Source: Harriotta raleighana (Eukaryota). From it: 64,000 bases of DNA. The stretch is from positions 186,001 through 250,000 of the forward strand of contig JBNZDD010013683.1 of assembly GCA_050575255.1 (NCBI GenBank), in the 5' to 3' direction. The position numbers and the translations under genes were made by a program. Positions 10,823-25,159 of this stretch are shown here, one piece after another. Each line of letters opens with the position of its first letter. Within the stretch, counting starts at the first letter, position 1. The notes under the pieces were generated by a model. It did no database searches. It was not told the origin of the DNA and saw only the letters and a list, made by a program, of their open reading frames with translations.

Positions 10823-13800
10823 TCCTCAGATTTACCTGCAGTTTAATCTCAATGTGGCTTTACATTTTCAATCCAATTGTGTTGCAGCTGAGAACCAAAA
10901 GCTTGAGGTTAACTGTAAAAGTGACTAACTTTCCTACTCCATCCCTTGAACTAAACCTTTTGAAATGAAGCTCATAGTTCCAGCAGATGCGAACATTCCA
11001 CACTATCAGAAGTGAAATGAGTTTCAAAAGTTCATGGGCTGCTGCAGAAGAGTCTGCCTTATGAACTTCCATGCACTGTATATCATCTCATTCAAATTCC
11101 ATCCATAAGTCATTTGTGAGCAAGACAGGGACATGGCAGTGGATCACGTTGCTTCATTTTCTTGCCTAGAGATTTATAGCATTTACAGTAAGATCAGGAA
11201 AAGCGTAATGTTTACATGACAGAAATAGGAAAGAGTTCACATGAACTCTAGAGTACTTCAGCCTTCATTTAGCTATCGTCTGACTGATATTAATTCTTAA
11301 TATCATGGTAGATGTGTGCTATGCTCTGTTAGGTAGAATACAGTGTTAAAACGTCCTATGAAGAGCTGGCATGATATATAGGAATAATCTGTTAGTCTCT
11401 AACATGCACTGACTGTAAACTTAACCTTCATCTTAAAAGCCCTGAGAGCAGGGAAATGGAATGCTCATCATGACACCAACCTGATGTGATTAAGGGCGTA
11501 GAGTCTTGACCCAACAAGCACACTGTACTAGACTGCCATTTCTAAAGAAACCCTGTGGAAACTGCTTTGTAATTGACGCGACTAGTAATGGAACCTGCAG
11601 CCCTATAAAATGGAGTTTGCAATGAATATTCAAGAGGAATGTGTATGATGGGCAGGAATATAGAGCAGAGATATATATAGCAGCATTTCCTGTACATGAT
11701 TGTTGCAGCATGGGATTGAAGGTTGATGTATTTCTATGGAATTGGAAAGACTTTCAACTCTCGAGTTGGTATTAATTACCATAGAAGTTGAGGTCATTTT
11801 ATTATTTCGTTTTTGTCTCTTTTATTTTCCCATCCAGATGAGGCACAGGTTCATATGTATCCCAGAGTTGATCCGTTTCCTCTCTATGAGTTAAGGCATC
11901 CGTTAGTCATTTAAGCCAAGTTCCAGTGGACCAGTTTGGACACGTTTTAATTTCTCAAACTGGTGGTTATCTGACAAAAGGATCACTTGGCACTTTCTTA
12001 TTCGCACTGAAGGCAAAGTAATGGAAAGCTAAATTCTCAATAACATTTATAAATCTGCCTTTACTCATTTTTCGATGGTGGTAGGGTGTGGGGGGGGGCG
12101 GGGAGGAGGGAAGGTATAAGAGGTTTTGTATTAAAATATTTCTAATTTTCATGAAATGTTTCCTCTTTGGACCCTTAAGAGTTTGTAATGAAGATACTTA
12201 GGCAGCTGTTTCCTTTGGTGCACGGCAATTGTGGCCGGAATTTCTGCATTTTAGAGCAAAGTATTCCGACATATTTAGGAACATTTCTTATTCGACACCC
12301 GAGGAATGCTTTCTCAGTTGAACGCTCCTTTCCTGTCACCTGACTCTACCCTTGATGCAGTGCCATAGATTTGGGAAAACACTGCTCTCAAGTGATGAGA
12401 AACTGACAACTCAGTCACTGGTGGTGTGGATGGCTGGTGAATGGAGTTGATCTTGGGTGGCAAACTGCAGAGCAACAGTTTGGGGGAAGAGACAAAACTG
12501 GCTCACAATCTAGGGCCTTACCTGGACTTGAATGGCTTGGCAGAACTGAGCCAATCTTTGATGGGTTTGGCCTCAGGCAAGGCTGGTTGTTTTCATTGGG
12601 GAAATAGAAATGTGGCTTTGAGCCAGGCATTCGCTTTATCACTGAACTGAAGGAATGAACGGCAGTTGCGGAGTTTGGGTTTGGAGAATTGGCTCGGATT
12701 CAACTAGAGGCCTTCTATTCATGAAATCATGAGGGTCTTCCATTTACCAAAATAAACTCCCCACAGTGTGATTGAAAGTTTGTTTGACAGGATTTCATTA
12801 GATCCCATAAGGGAAGAGTGCATTGCATACTATACAGCTTGTTTTAGTTCTAAAAGATTTTGTTTCCCAATTTTTTTTTAGGATTTTGCGCAGTATAGAG
12901 TAAGGGGAGAGGAGGTCAGTACAGCTTCATTTCTTGCAACTGCTTAACCTATTTAAGCCTTGAGAACACATCTGTTCCTATAATCATAAAATGTTTGCAG
13001 AACGGAGGCCATTTGACCTATCATGTTGTCACAAACTCTCTTATTGAGATTGTCTACTCTTATCAGTCCTTACTATTAATTCCTCAGCAATCCAATTCCG
13101 AAGTAGAGATACTTGCTGAAATCCATCAACGAGGACTTCTATGTGAAATGCACTTGCTGTATTCTAAAGCTCCGCTATAGTAATCTGACTAGAGATCCCT
13201 GGCAGAAACGTTCTGTATAGACTTGCAACTTCTTTTCCATCTGCTAAGCTGCCTGCAACACATCTTTAAAAGTTACCTACAAAACAAACCATATACCCTT
13301 CACGGAGCCTTTTTTTATGCTTTTGTAACATAAATTATGATTTAAATTCTCTATTGTGCCTCTGAGTAAAATATATTACAGCAGTTGGATATGTTAATTT
13401 ATCTTCTAAAGCAAACAGTTGCCAAAGTCTTTCCATACTTCCATGATTTTATTTTTGCAATCACGAACACTTGCATATAAAGCAGCTTCTCTCTGTAATG
13501 TAAAGTGAACTGCATATACATGTAGTTTTCAATGCAGCTGATACACTGCAACTGAACTTTAATTTAAATTTGAGGAATTATTTAAAATATGCAAAGAAAC
13601 CAGTCGATAATCTTCACGAAGCTTCCTGTTGAGGCTCCAGCAATAAGGAAGAACGAATAGGCGAATCTATTTTATTTTCAATCCCAGATGATTCTCCTTT
13701 CTGTTTCTCTACTCTTCCTTCCCACACACACTCTCCCCCCAAACTCCCCGTTGCTGCTTCCCACCATTCAGCTTCCAGCCGGAAAAAGATTCTCGAGTGA

Positions 13801-15204
13801 TTCAAACTGTAAACCTCATCATGACTCGTGCAATTGTCTCGGCAATTGAGACGCCAGGCACACATTGTATGTGTAGTGTTTGTGGGATAGACTGTATCTA
13901 ACCTTTCCCCTTCCCCACAAAGCAGTCCGGCCAGTAGAGAAATACTGAAACTCATCCCAACAGTAGCAGGCAGATTCCGCAGTCTGGGAACCTTGGGATT
14001 TGACCTACAAGTATTTGTTGCCAAGTGCCTGCTCCATCACTTTACATTACTTGGTTTAGCCGGAAGATGCCTTTAAATGCTATCCAGGGAGACCAACAGA
14101 AACATTAAGTAAAATGAAAGCCAACTATTCTGCAGTATAACCACAATGAAATAGAAGCCACAGGACAATTGCGATACAGACTTTTATTTGATGTATCATA
14201 ACTAAACGGCAGAGTGCGCCTATCTGCTAAACCGTTGTAAATTCAGATTTCAGGAGTGCAGCAGAAATAGCTTTGACAGTTACAGAAGCTGCAAATTCTA
14301 TTTGGCTTTCTTTAGTTTCAGTGGTCTCACATGGGATGATATTCAAGTGCCTGGCAGCTCACCAAAACTATCATATCTTCCTGTTCGTAAAGTGCAAAAT
14401 CACTATTGCTGCAAAGTACAAGCTTTCATTGAGTTAGAACATCTCCTTCCAATCCTGGCAGGATAGCTATGTTCTGGAATATTTTCGGAAAGGCCATGCA
14501 ATTTTTCATTTATTTTACAGAGATGACTTTCCCAGGCTTTTTTTTGAAATGCCTGTTTTATTACCGTTCTGCTTCGTTCTGATGCATTGGGTTGTGTAGT
14601 ATTAAAACATGTCCAGTAAACTATTCCGCACAAATTTTAAGTAGGAATCGTTGGTAGGGATCTTGCCCTCTAGCTGTTCGGTGGATCAGTGGAGTGCAGT
14701 GGGTGTGAATGTAACTTTCACCCCACTGTGTTCACTTTCCAATTCGAACAACACCAAATGGATATGGCAATGGTGTTTCAGGAGAGAACAGGAGAGAAAT
14801 GGAAAGATGAGGTGATCGTTACAGCTGTAAACCTTCTATGAATCTAACCAGCCTTCTTGAGCATAGTACAGCCAGACTCGAAGAAGCGGAATACAGTATA
14901 TGGTATTGGAAACTTTAAAATTCTGGATAATTTTAAATGGGGGCATGTTGAACATTACATTTTAACACACGCTCCAAACCAAATTATGCATTATCTTTTA
15001 CAATTTGTATACGAGTGATGGGGAAATGTAGTTTGAAAATTGCAATTCAGTTACTGAAAAGAAACTGGTTAAAATGTGGCCTCATTGTCTTGCTTGTCCC
15101 AGCTAAATTTGTGATTGTTGTCACCCAAATTCTGATCCCAGGAATCCTAACATACTATATATAAATTACTGTGCAATGTTAACAATAATAATGAAAATAA
15201 TATT

Positions 15205-15370
15205 AATAATAATCCTTGCATTTGAAATAGCACCTTATCACATCGTTGAGACGTCCTAAAGCGCTTCACGGAATATACTGTGCAGTGGTTTGACTGTGTA
15301 TTTTATGGAAGAAACACGGCAGCCAATTATACACAGCAGCATCCAACAAACAACAGTGAGTGACCAAATG
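15205..15370 (-). mobile_element. SINE 3' fragment
   Basis: Same tail and body consensus. Confidence 0.85.
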
Positions 15371-18300
15371 TTTTTGCGGTTTTCTCCGATCTCTGGTGCA
15401 GCTCATTATAAATATGAGCGTTCAAGGTTCTGGCGCAAATAAAGCATAAAAATAATGGAGGATGTTATTGCTGTACCCTGACTGTGAAAATGAAGCTTAC
15501 ATAGGGAATTTAATAGATCTGCTTGAGCCAGTAGAAAGAACCGCTCAGAACTGCTCTGAGAATTTGGCAAGATTAAATATTTAATTACCACAGTTTGGTT
15601 AACCAATGTGGGATAGTGAATTGCTGACATAAATTTAAGTATACTGTATTTCTTTGGAGGAGTAAAATTTAGATTTAGCAAGTCAGCATCTAGTTAGTAA
15701 CTGTAACATTTAGATTAATGCTTATGAAGGTACATTTTTTTCTCTGTCTCCATGCCAATAGTCCAATGTGAGCATGTTAAGTGTGCTAAATGAAAGATGT
15801 GTGAAAGCTGTGACCACATAGAGCTGCTCTTGAGGGAAAAAGAAGGAGCCAAAACTAAATGAAGGAATCTCTTGAAGTTTACAGCATGCTGGACATAAGA
15901 GCTCCAGTGTGGTGGTTTCAGAACTGTAGCCCAAAAGAAGCCTTGCTCTAGCAACGTTTGACATCCTCTCTCCATCCACCTCCCCCACCCCCACATCCAG
16001 CCAGGTTACTGCTTTAAAATTAGTGCCAGGAGTCTTTCTGAGGTCATTAGGATTGAAATGTCTGGGACAGAACAAAGAGTGATTCACAAATTTAAACATC
16101 AATTTAAAAAACATCAATTTAAAACAAAAATATTCCTCCTGAAATGCGACAGTGATATTGCTTCATATTCATTAGCTTCATTCCCTCAAATGACGAGAAA
16201 AAAACAAGTGGAACCTGGCTTTCTGAAGGTGTCACTTACAGACCATAACATACTTCTAAACGGCATCACTCAACTTATACACAACAACGAGATTCCTTTC
16301 TTTTGTTCTTAATTTCAATGGCAAGTCTAGCTTCTTCTCCAAATTATACTTGAGCACTTGATATTGGGAGTCTGTTTTTTTGTAGCGTTGACTATGCATG
16401 GCGTGCAGAACAGCAGTAGGGAAATACTCTATGGGTCTGCAGGAAGCAGCTATATCTAAAACTAAGTTTTTGCTCAGTCGCTGTTGAAAGTTGTAATGAG
16501 TTGCCAAGAGTTGGTGATTTATGGTGCCTGAGTGCCACTGAAGTTTGGATCCATTTGGGCTTTCAGTGCAAAGATGCATCAGTTAACTGGTAGGACTGCT
16601 GTGGCTTCGAGCCACACAGCAAACTACTGTAACATGAGGCGAGTCTGATCCAAAATGAAATGTTGCATTTTGTTTTGAGTAGTCAGAACATGTGAATGGC
16701 AACCACTGGTTCCAGACCGTTATGCTAACCCTGGCTTCTGGGAGGATTGTGGCAATGGCCTGAAGCTGTAATGTTATTTAATCCAAAGCACAATGTCTAC
16801 TCACACAATGTTTTATTCGAACTCTACAAATCAACCTCTTTTCAAAATCTGCAAGTCACTCTTCCCAGAAGCCTTTTATACTTGCATCCTCCATATTCAA
16901 TTGCCACTTATGTCGTTAAAGCAATACGCAACAGAAGCGACATTCGCTATAAAATGTGTTCTCTTCCAGGATGTCCATTGATTCACAACCTGGATGAATT
17001 GGGAATCTGTACCGGGAATGTAGATGGGAGAATTTTTTCCTATGTTTCATCCGTTTAATGACTGACTCTGGGTGAAAAAAGGCCCACACGATAAAGATTG
17101 CATATTCACTGTGCAATGATCACTGAGCATAAAGGTGGGAAATTAATGCTTGTGGGTTTCTCATTTCGCACTTTCTGTTCAAGTAAGTGTCTTCCCCCCC
17201 TTTCTCCGCAGTTGTCTCAACAGTGAGGATTAAACTAACAGTGGCTGCAGACAAAGACATGTCACACAATCTCCTGCTTTCCAACATGACAAATTTTAGA
17301 TTCACAGTGATCCTCACTGATGGCATCCTAATGAGTAGATTTAAAAACCTCACACCAATCGAATCCTAAACCAGAAAGAAATACGGCTGAAAGTAAAGGC
17401 AGGGCTTTAGAGAACGCACTCTACATAATGAGTCTTTGCAGCTAACAAAGATACAAGCTTTACACATAAACTATAAATGTCTTGAAGCAAGACTTTTATT
17501 TTGCAGATGTGCTGTTTCTCTGTGTTTCTGGTTTACACTGGTTTGGGGGAGGAAGAAACTGCCTTCACCTAATCTATATTCAATAACCTCTGCTGAAATG
17601 TTTGGGGTGTTTGGTGAGGACAGGGCAGTCACAGATGTTATACTGAACAAACATAGACCAATGTATAGCTTTATGGCCCGCACTAAACTGTTAAGTTTCC
17701 TTTGTATAATGGCATGGGTGATTTTTAAACATGGGAAAAGAATGGATCAGTGTTTCCATCTCAAACTCATTGACATCAAATACATACTATACTATGCTAT
17801 TTTGGTTCATCTTCAGCATATTGTGTAAATCCGTGGTTGGGAAAATTGGGTACGGCAGGCCAGGAAAATAAAATCCAGTTTGTCGATTTAATTACATGAA
17901 AATAATGTGCTCCATCTCTGCAATTGGCATTAACTCTGATTTTCGAACGCAAAGCGCAGTTACATTTTGTTCTTTCAAAGCCAAATTCTATAATTGTTTA
18001 ACAGTGAACTCCTCCAATCGCTCACGCTCACAGAACTTCAGTTCATTGCACACATGACTGTCTTGCATGGCTGTATTAATGAGAGGCTTTTAGATGGAGC
18101 ACTCTCTTGAGACTTAAAATGGAAGGCAAGTATTCCTAATTGTCGTTATTTAAGTGTGAAGTGCAAGGTGCCATAATGCGCTGTAGCTTAATGTAAAAGG
18201 ACAAAAACAAGCATTTGTCTTTTTGAAAACAGGTGCAAGCTGTAGTTGAGAGGAGACTGGGTGCCGGAAGGCTTAAAGCTGCCCACTTCTTTTAAAAAAA

Positions 18301-19524
18301 ACACATTAATCAGCTGTAACAGAAATACTCGTTTCAAAGTTCAGGAAAATGTCTCTTTTAGCAAAAAGATGTCTAAAATCTATAAGCCAGACGGGCAGCA
18401 TGTATTGCACTACAAATCTTCTGAGGGGTGGGGGGGTCACTGTGCTTCACAAAAGATACCATGAAAGAACTGAGCGAAAGACAGTCATTGCGGTTGTGAT
18501 TGAGAGCAAGTGATGGATTTAATAAAGTGATTTGGAGGAAAGGGCCTGAGAGCATTCTCAACAGAGCAGTCAATCTTTGGAAAGACATTGGTGCTCTCAG
18601 CTAGAATAAACAGAATCATTGTTCTTGATCATCTTGCCAGTTGCATAACTGCAAAAACTGAATAGACAATGGGCGCGAGACATAAGAATGAGTTGATTTT
18701 TCCACAATGGCATGTCTTCCACGTGAGAAATTGACTTAATTGATTCCAAATAGTGAGAGAAAGGATTATTATTATTATCATTATCTGAATACAGTAGAAT
18801 GTTTGCTGTGTGTTTGAAGCAGTGAGTTCTACTTCCTGATGAGCAGGATGTCAGATGATGATTATTCCGCATTTAGTATGACTTCCATCAGATTTCGCAA
18901 GACAAGGTAAAATTCCTATAAAAACGATTCCTTTTCTTCATTCCCCCCCCGGCCACTACCAAAAAATAATAATTTGAGAAGGTACAGCACAGATGAATTT
19001 CAAATAGCAGATCTTCAAGATAATTAAAAGCCTCTATTTTCTCCTGTTGGTTCAAGTCATTAGTGAAGCAATGCGACAAATAGAATTACTGCAATTACAT
19101 TCAAACAGAACCTGGCACTTGTTATTGATCTCAAAAGGGCAGAGAGGGCAGAATAGACACACCAAGATTCTAACCTAAAACCTCCAATTGAGCGACTCGG
19201 GATTTTTAATCTGGGCACGTTGACCTGAGAAAATAAACAGTCTAAACTGCTCCCATCAGATCTTGCAGTATATAATGAAATGTATTTGTTTTTTGGTTTC
19301 CCTTTATTCATTCCAAATTGAACTGTAGAAGCCTCTTTCTAGGGACATTCAGAGTCAATTCTAAGTCAATGTTATGACATGGAGTAAGCCAATGGGCACC
19401 TATGAACCTTCAGTGGATCAAATTACCGAGTGTGAAGCTGGAAAAAAGAGTTAAAAAAACAGAGGATCTGGCCAATATTCTCTCTATCAAGGTCACCCCA
19501 GAAAGTGACAAATCTGGTAAAGCC

Positions 19525-19858
19525 CCAAATTCCTCTGTTTACCCAGTAGTAAGTAGGAACCTGGGTGTTAGTCGATTGGTGGATTGTTTATCTGGGGGTA
19601 ATAATCCACGAATGTTTGTGGGACACTGCTCTGCGCAATTGGCTGCCACGTTTCGCTCACAAAATATNTTCCAAAAAAAATAATAAAAGACATTCGGTCA
19701 CTCAATCCACGAATGTTTGTGGGACACTGCTCTGCGCAATTGGCTGCCACGTTTCGCTCACAAAATATACAGTCAATTCACTTTGCATATATTCTGTGAA
19801 GCGCTTTGAGACATCTCGAATATGTGGTAAGATGCTATATCAAATGCAAGACTGATTA
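19525..19858 (+). mobile_element. SINE (long variant, headless) spanning an assembly N
   Basis: CTCTGTTTACCCAGTAGTAAGTAGGAACC segment plus body and tail; body duplicated around the N at 19668. Confidence 0.8.
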
Positions 19859-20448
19859 CTAAATTATATCAAGCAAATCGGATAAATAAGCGACGCTGAC
19901 TCCTAGTAAAAGAACTGCTTCTTAGCAATAATCTCAAGCCAATGTCTTGCCCAGCTTTCCTCACGGGGACGAGAGGCGAGTCTCGGTAACAAACAAAACA
20001 AAAGAGAGCAAAGGGGCAAATGAATTTGACAAATGTGAACTCTATTTTTGCAGCTTGAAAAAATGTGCCTTTAGCATTTGGGATTCTGTAACAAACACTC
20101 GTCTGTAGCATTTTTAGCCACAAATATTCGAATGGAAGTTAGACTTCCTCTAAGTTTGCTTTCAACCTTGTGCCTGAAGCTGGCTGAATCGCTTAACTGG
20201 TCTATGTCTTTCCCTCCAAAACTAGATTCATCTGATTTGGATTAAATGAATCCCAGATAATAGTATCTTAGATAGAGTACACTGGTTTACCATAAAATTG
20301 GTCATTCACTTCATCGCTGTTTGTGGGACATTGCTATGTGCAAATCGCTACCTTACACACTAAAATCATGCAAAACTCTTTCAAAGGTTTGACAACGTAA
20401 TAAGACGCTGCATGAAACCCAAAGATTATAATTGTTATTAGATGTTAT

Positions 20449-21064
20449 TGTGGAGTCTTGCAGCTCAGTGGTTAGAGCACTTGCCTCGCAAGTGAGCGAC
20501 CTGGGTTCAATTCCAGCAGAGCGAAATCTTGGGCAAGTTTCCTTACTCCACATGCCTAATAATAATCCCTCAAAAAAATATTGGTCATTTCAATCCACAA
20601 CTGTTTGTGGGACACTGCTTTGTGCAATTGGCTGCGACATTTCACCAACATATATATAGTCATTTGTATTCACTTTACCGTATATTCTGTAAAATTCTTT
20701 TAACAACAACAAATTTGATTTATATAACTCCCTCCATGCTGGACGGCATCTCAGAGCGCTTCACAATAGCGGATCCCGGGACCGAGCCGGGGCAGAGGTA
20801 GAAAGGTGACCAAAGGTGCGTTCAAAGACAAAGGTCTTCAGCTAGGAGCTGAAACTGGAAAAAAAGGGGTTTGAGGCGGAGGGAGTGAGGAAGGGAATTC
20901 CAGAGCCTCGGGGCATACTGGCTGAAGGCACGGCCGCCGAGGGTGGAGCAGAGGATTCGTGGCACATGAAGGAAGCCAGACCCGGTGAAGCGAAGGCAGA
21001 TGTTTGGACATTTGGAAGACGTGAAAAGCGCTTTTATCAAATGTAAGGATTATTATTATTATTC
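20449..21064 (+). mobile_element. tRNA-derived SINE, full length, interrupted by an L2 (20702-21000)
   Basis: Head and body at 20449-20700; tail resumes at ~21005 with GGACATTTGGAAGACGTGAAAAGCGC...TGTAAGG(ATT)n. Confidence 0.88.
20702..21000 (-). mobile_element. L2-clade LINE 3' fragment inserted in a SINE tail
   Basis: Minus translation ...GSGFLHVPRILCSTLGGRAFSQYAPRLWNSLPHSLR...; tail GTGAAGCGCTCTGAGATGCC...TATATAAAT..(TTG)n. Confidence 0.9.
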
Positions 21065-21744
21065 AGGTAACAAGGTTGACAGGCTTTATGATTTGTGGGT
21101 TCGGGAGCTGATTTAATTTGGAGCCTGCACTTCATTCACAACATTTGCTTGTGTTATTTACTGACTAGCAAGCACTTGTCGAGGAAGGTGAAAGAGCTCT
21201 GGTTTCGTTCAGAATGATCACAGTGCCACACACCACACCACCTTCAAGCATTGATTAATTATTTTAATTTTAAGAGCCCCCTGTCACTTGAATGGATTTT
21301 GTCATTTGCAGTTTCTGTAGCAAATCAAGTTTGTTTAATATTGGATGGAAGCACTCTGCAACAGCACAGAAAGTTACAATTATCACAAGGGCTCTTGAAC
21401 CAGAGCCTTTAAAAAAGGGCCCCCCTCCCCTCAAATCCCACCTCCACCACCATCACCCAGAAACTGGGTACTGCAGATTTTTTTTTGCTTCCTCACATTC
21501 TTCCTTTAGACCAGGCTGTGGCAAATATCAACTCAAAACGTGTCCTCACTTTCATTTTGACAGTTCAGTCCATGAAATTCAATGTTTGTTAGGCTGTTAG
21601 TCTAGGTTATAAAACTGTTCCTTTTTTGAAAAAAGAAAAACAGCCTGTCTGAAATGAATTACTGATGGAGGTTCCTGGGAGATGTAATGGAATGAAATGG
21701 AGCCAACTGGAAGCACAATCGAGTGTTTTAACCTCCACTGGCTC

Positions 21745-21885
21745 ACCCACAAAATAAAGTTTCACTTTCACAATTTTACAATACAGTACACTTTACAGTA
21801 TATCCTGTAAAGCGCTTTGAGGAGACTCAACAATTTGATGAGGCTCTATACCAAATACTACCATTATTATTCTGATTATTATTAC
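21745..21885 (+). mobile_element. SINE 3' fragment
   Basis: CACTTTACAGTATATCCTGTAAAGCGCTTTGAG...CTATACCAAAT..(ATT)n. Confidence 0.75.
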
Positions 21886-24800
21886 TGTCTTAGTATTTTT
21901 GTGTGGGATTAATCCAATTTGAATATTGGATTAATCGGCACTAGGAACATTAGATTGATTGATTTCATAAAAATGATCTTTGGCATGGTTTTCTCTCACT
22001 GGAGTCCGTTGTAATCCTGTGCTCAAATTCTTTATTCTATCACTCATCATCTGCAACTGTTCTTAATTAGCATCTGTTTGACCCTGGTAACAGAAGAATT
22101 AGTTGGAAGCTTTCACTGCGGTGTGCATGAAATAAATGCACTCTGGACTGTTAAAACAATAAGCAGTTAACTATCTTTTCTGCTGTAAATGGGCTATAGG
22201 AAGCAATTTGCATTTTATTTGTTTGATTTTTTTAAAAAAGAACACTTTACATTTTATTAGCTGCTTTCAGACTATACTTTCAGACCCTGGGAGAGAAATT
22301 GATGATTAGGAAAATGCCAGTAACACTTTGTTCAAGGAAATCAGTCTTTTGTTTAAGGGGAAAAAAACACCACTTTAGTCAATACTAGAGTGTTATTCAA
22401 GGCATTAAAAAGCCCATTAAGTTTATGTTTCTGAATTACTTCAAAACATCTTCTGCCTCGCACAGACTGTGAATGTTGACGACACTCGGCTGTATTTTAA
22501 AGGAAGTACCAGGTGAAGACTTCACCAACCTCTCTGGTTGGAGAGGTTGAGCCAAATTGCAGAATTAATAGATAATATCTTAAAAGTAATTGGGTTAAAG
22601 CTATGAAAATAGTCCCTACCCTCCCTCCCTCCTTCCCTCCTTCTCCTCCTTTCTCCCACTCTTTCTCCAAATGCATTTTCATTAGCTATAACCGTCAGGT
22701 CAAATATGATTTTGAAAGAGCTTATGCAGCTTGTGTCATTGCTGCCTTGGTTGACCTCTTGAGCTCTCCAATATTGCTGTAAGATAGATTTCGATTTACT
22801 ATGATCACGAGTGATGTGTTGAGAGACGGGAGGTCCTGAGCCTCAAGATCAGACCAAGAGTGTTTTGTCAGGTGGGATTCCTGCAGAAATGCCAAGCGGG
22901 TTGGTTTAGTTATTTGGAGAGAGTGCGATGCTTGAGCCAGCACTGACTGATAGGAGTGTTTCCTGAGACGCAGGAGAAATGTACATTTGATATTATAAAG
23001 ATGCCGTTCTTTCCGAAGGGAGTATGAGGGGACCGGGGAGCCCTTTTTTCTAGCCTTTTTCTTTCTGGAAGCAAACAAACATGAAATTCTCACAAGAGCA
23101 ATTTTTTTTGGTAACCTTTTCTCTGGCAGTTTCCCCACATTGGCCTGGATGATGTGTGTCTGCAAGTTATTCCGCCTTGGAGACCATCACAGCAGCTCCA
23201 GGAGGGTTGACTGAATGGCAAACAGCCATAGCAGTAAACCAGCCAAACTTTCCTTTCCCGAAGGCAACGGAAGGCCAGCCAACTCACAATCATTATTGCC
23301 AGACAATGGGACCTTCTTGGACACTACAAGAGTGAGCGGAGGAGGGGGGAGAGGAGGGTGGGGGGAGGTCGATTGTGAGAATGTATCTAAAAATTACAGG
23401 GAGCAATTAACTACAATGTTTGTCCTTTGGAGCAACTGATTATGAGTGCACGTAAGGACCACCCTCCCGCTGAAGGATATCTGATGAGGCAGGTTTTACA
23501 CTTGGCTGGTGTGCACAGAATGCTGACTACTAGATTGTTCTTTTTGCCACTGTGCCTGCGCTGGGCCTTTGGAATGAGCTAACCAAATCTCTCTCCCCAC
23601 ACCCCCTCCCATCCCCCAACCCCACCCTCCCCCCTGCCCACGTTCTCCCCGTAGCCCCGCAAACCTGTCCTTCCCCAAGCCAAGATTTGCTTGACTGTTG
23701 CCAATCTCACTCTGCTAACACTATGTAGGTCATGACACAGCATCTGTATCTGCTAACAGAAGGAGCTAAAGTAAGCAACTAACTCCCCGTCCCCCCACTT
23801 CACTCCCACCCATCCATCCTACTTCAATGGATTTTCTAGGTGTAGAATTTAAATGGAATCTCACTTCAGATCTGTTGTGTAAAGCCTCCTGAGGAGAATA
23901 TGTTTTAACCTCGAAGTAAACTCTATTCTTCCCAATAGTTTTAACCTCCACAAAAAGGAGGCGGGAGGGGGGGGTGGTGGGGGGGGTGGTGGGGGGGGAG
24001 CGATAACCAACATTAGTTTTCAGAGCAATTCATTATAATCACCAATCCTGGTCAAGTAACCATTGTTAGTGAGTGAAACTAGATGAATAGTGTTTATATG
24101 GGCTGTTGTACTATGTCAAGGGATGAACCATTACCTGCGCTCAATCAGTTTCATTTTGCAAAGTGTGTGTATTTTTGTCTAGATGGAAAATCACAGAAGG
24201 AAACTTGTTCTTCTTTGGGTAAATGTTTAAAGGGAACCTTCCAAGTTTGATCCTGGTTTGCAATGCTGCCTCAGATTTCCTGTTCCTTCTCCATTGTATC
24301 TCTTAATTGTATCTAAAACTCGGATACGATTATCCTCGATATTGTCAATTTTAACCATATTATAATAAATGCAGCAATACAGAAATGCTACTGTATTTCT
24401 AGGACGGTTGGACCATTCTTGCCAAACATCTGCAAGTAGTTACCACATTTCTCTCTGGGTTTCAACTGTGTGTGTGATGTTTCAGGCTTCGAGCAATGAC
24501 CTGGTGTGTAAAAAAACACTGAACTGTGTGATACATAAATCTCTCTAATTATGTGCGTGGCTGTTGTATTCCTTGTTCAGTAGGTGAAAAATCTCGGTAA
24601 ATAAATCTGAAATAAAATTATATTACTGGAGTGTGATTCACAATGTTTAATCTCACCAGTACTGGTTGACTTTGTGTTTTATAGTTTACGCAACATATAG
24701 CCAGATCCTCATTAATCCTGTACCACTGGCAGGCACATTGACTGTGAGGAATCACCAGCCTTCACTTCTGTTTCTGAACCTTCACCCCAGAGGTATACTC

Positions 24801-25159
24801 ATTCATAGAACAGATGAGGCTCAATCTACCACCTAACCTGAAACCCAGGGCAGTCACCAACATATTTCTTTGGTGACACACAATAGTGCATATATTTTAT
24901 ACATACTGAACGATATTAGATGTGTATTCGATGTTTATAGAGATTTATGGTATTAATAACTCATGCTGTACATTTTATAAAACCCACATAAGAGTTTAAA
25001 CAAGTGAGATGTGATGGATTTGCATTCATGATGAGATTTTCAATGCTGAGAATAAATTATTTCTCATAGTTTGTGACATAACTGCCGAGATTTTCTTCCG
25101 CTAGAGAGAATTCGCAGATTTACAATGCAATATTCACAATTTTCCAAGTCTATTCCAGT

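Noticed and set aside
19603-19768. Apparent tandem duplication of a SINE body
   Set aside because: The identical copies flank a single N, so this is most likely an assembly overlap.
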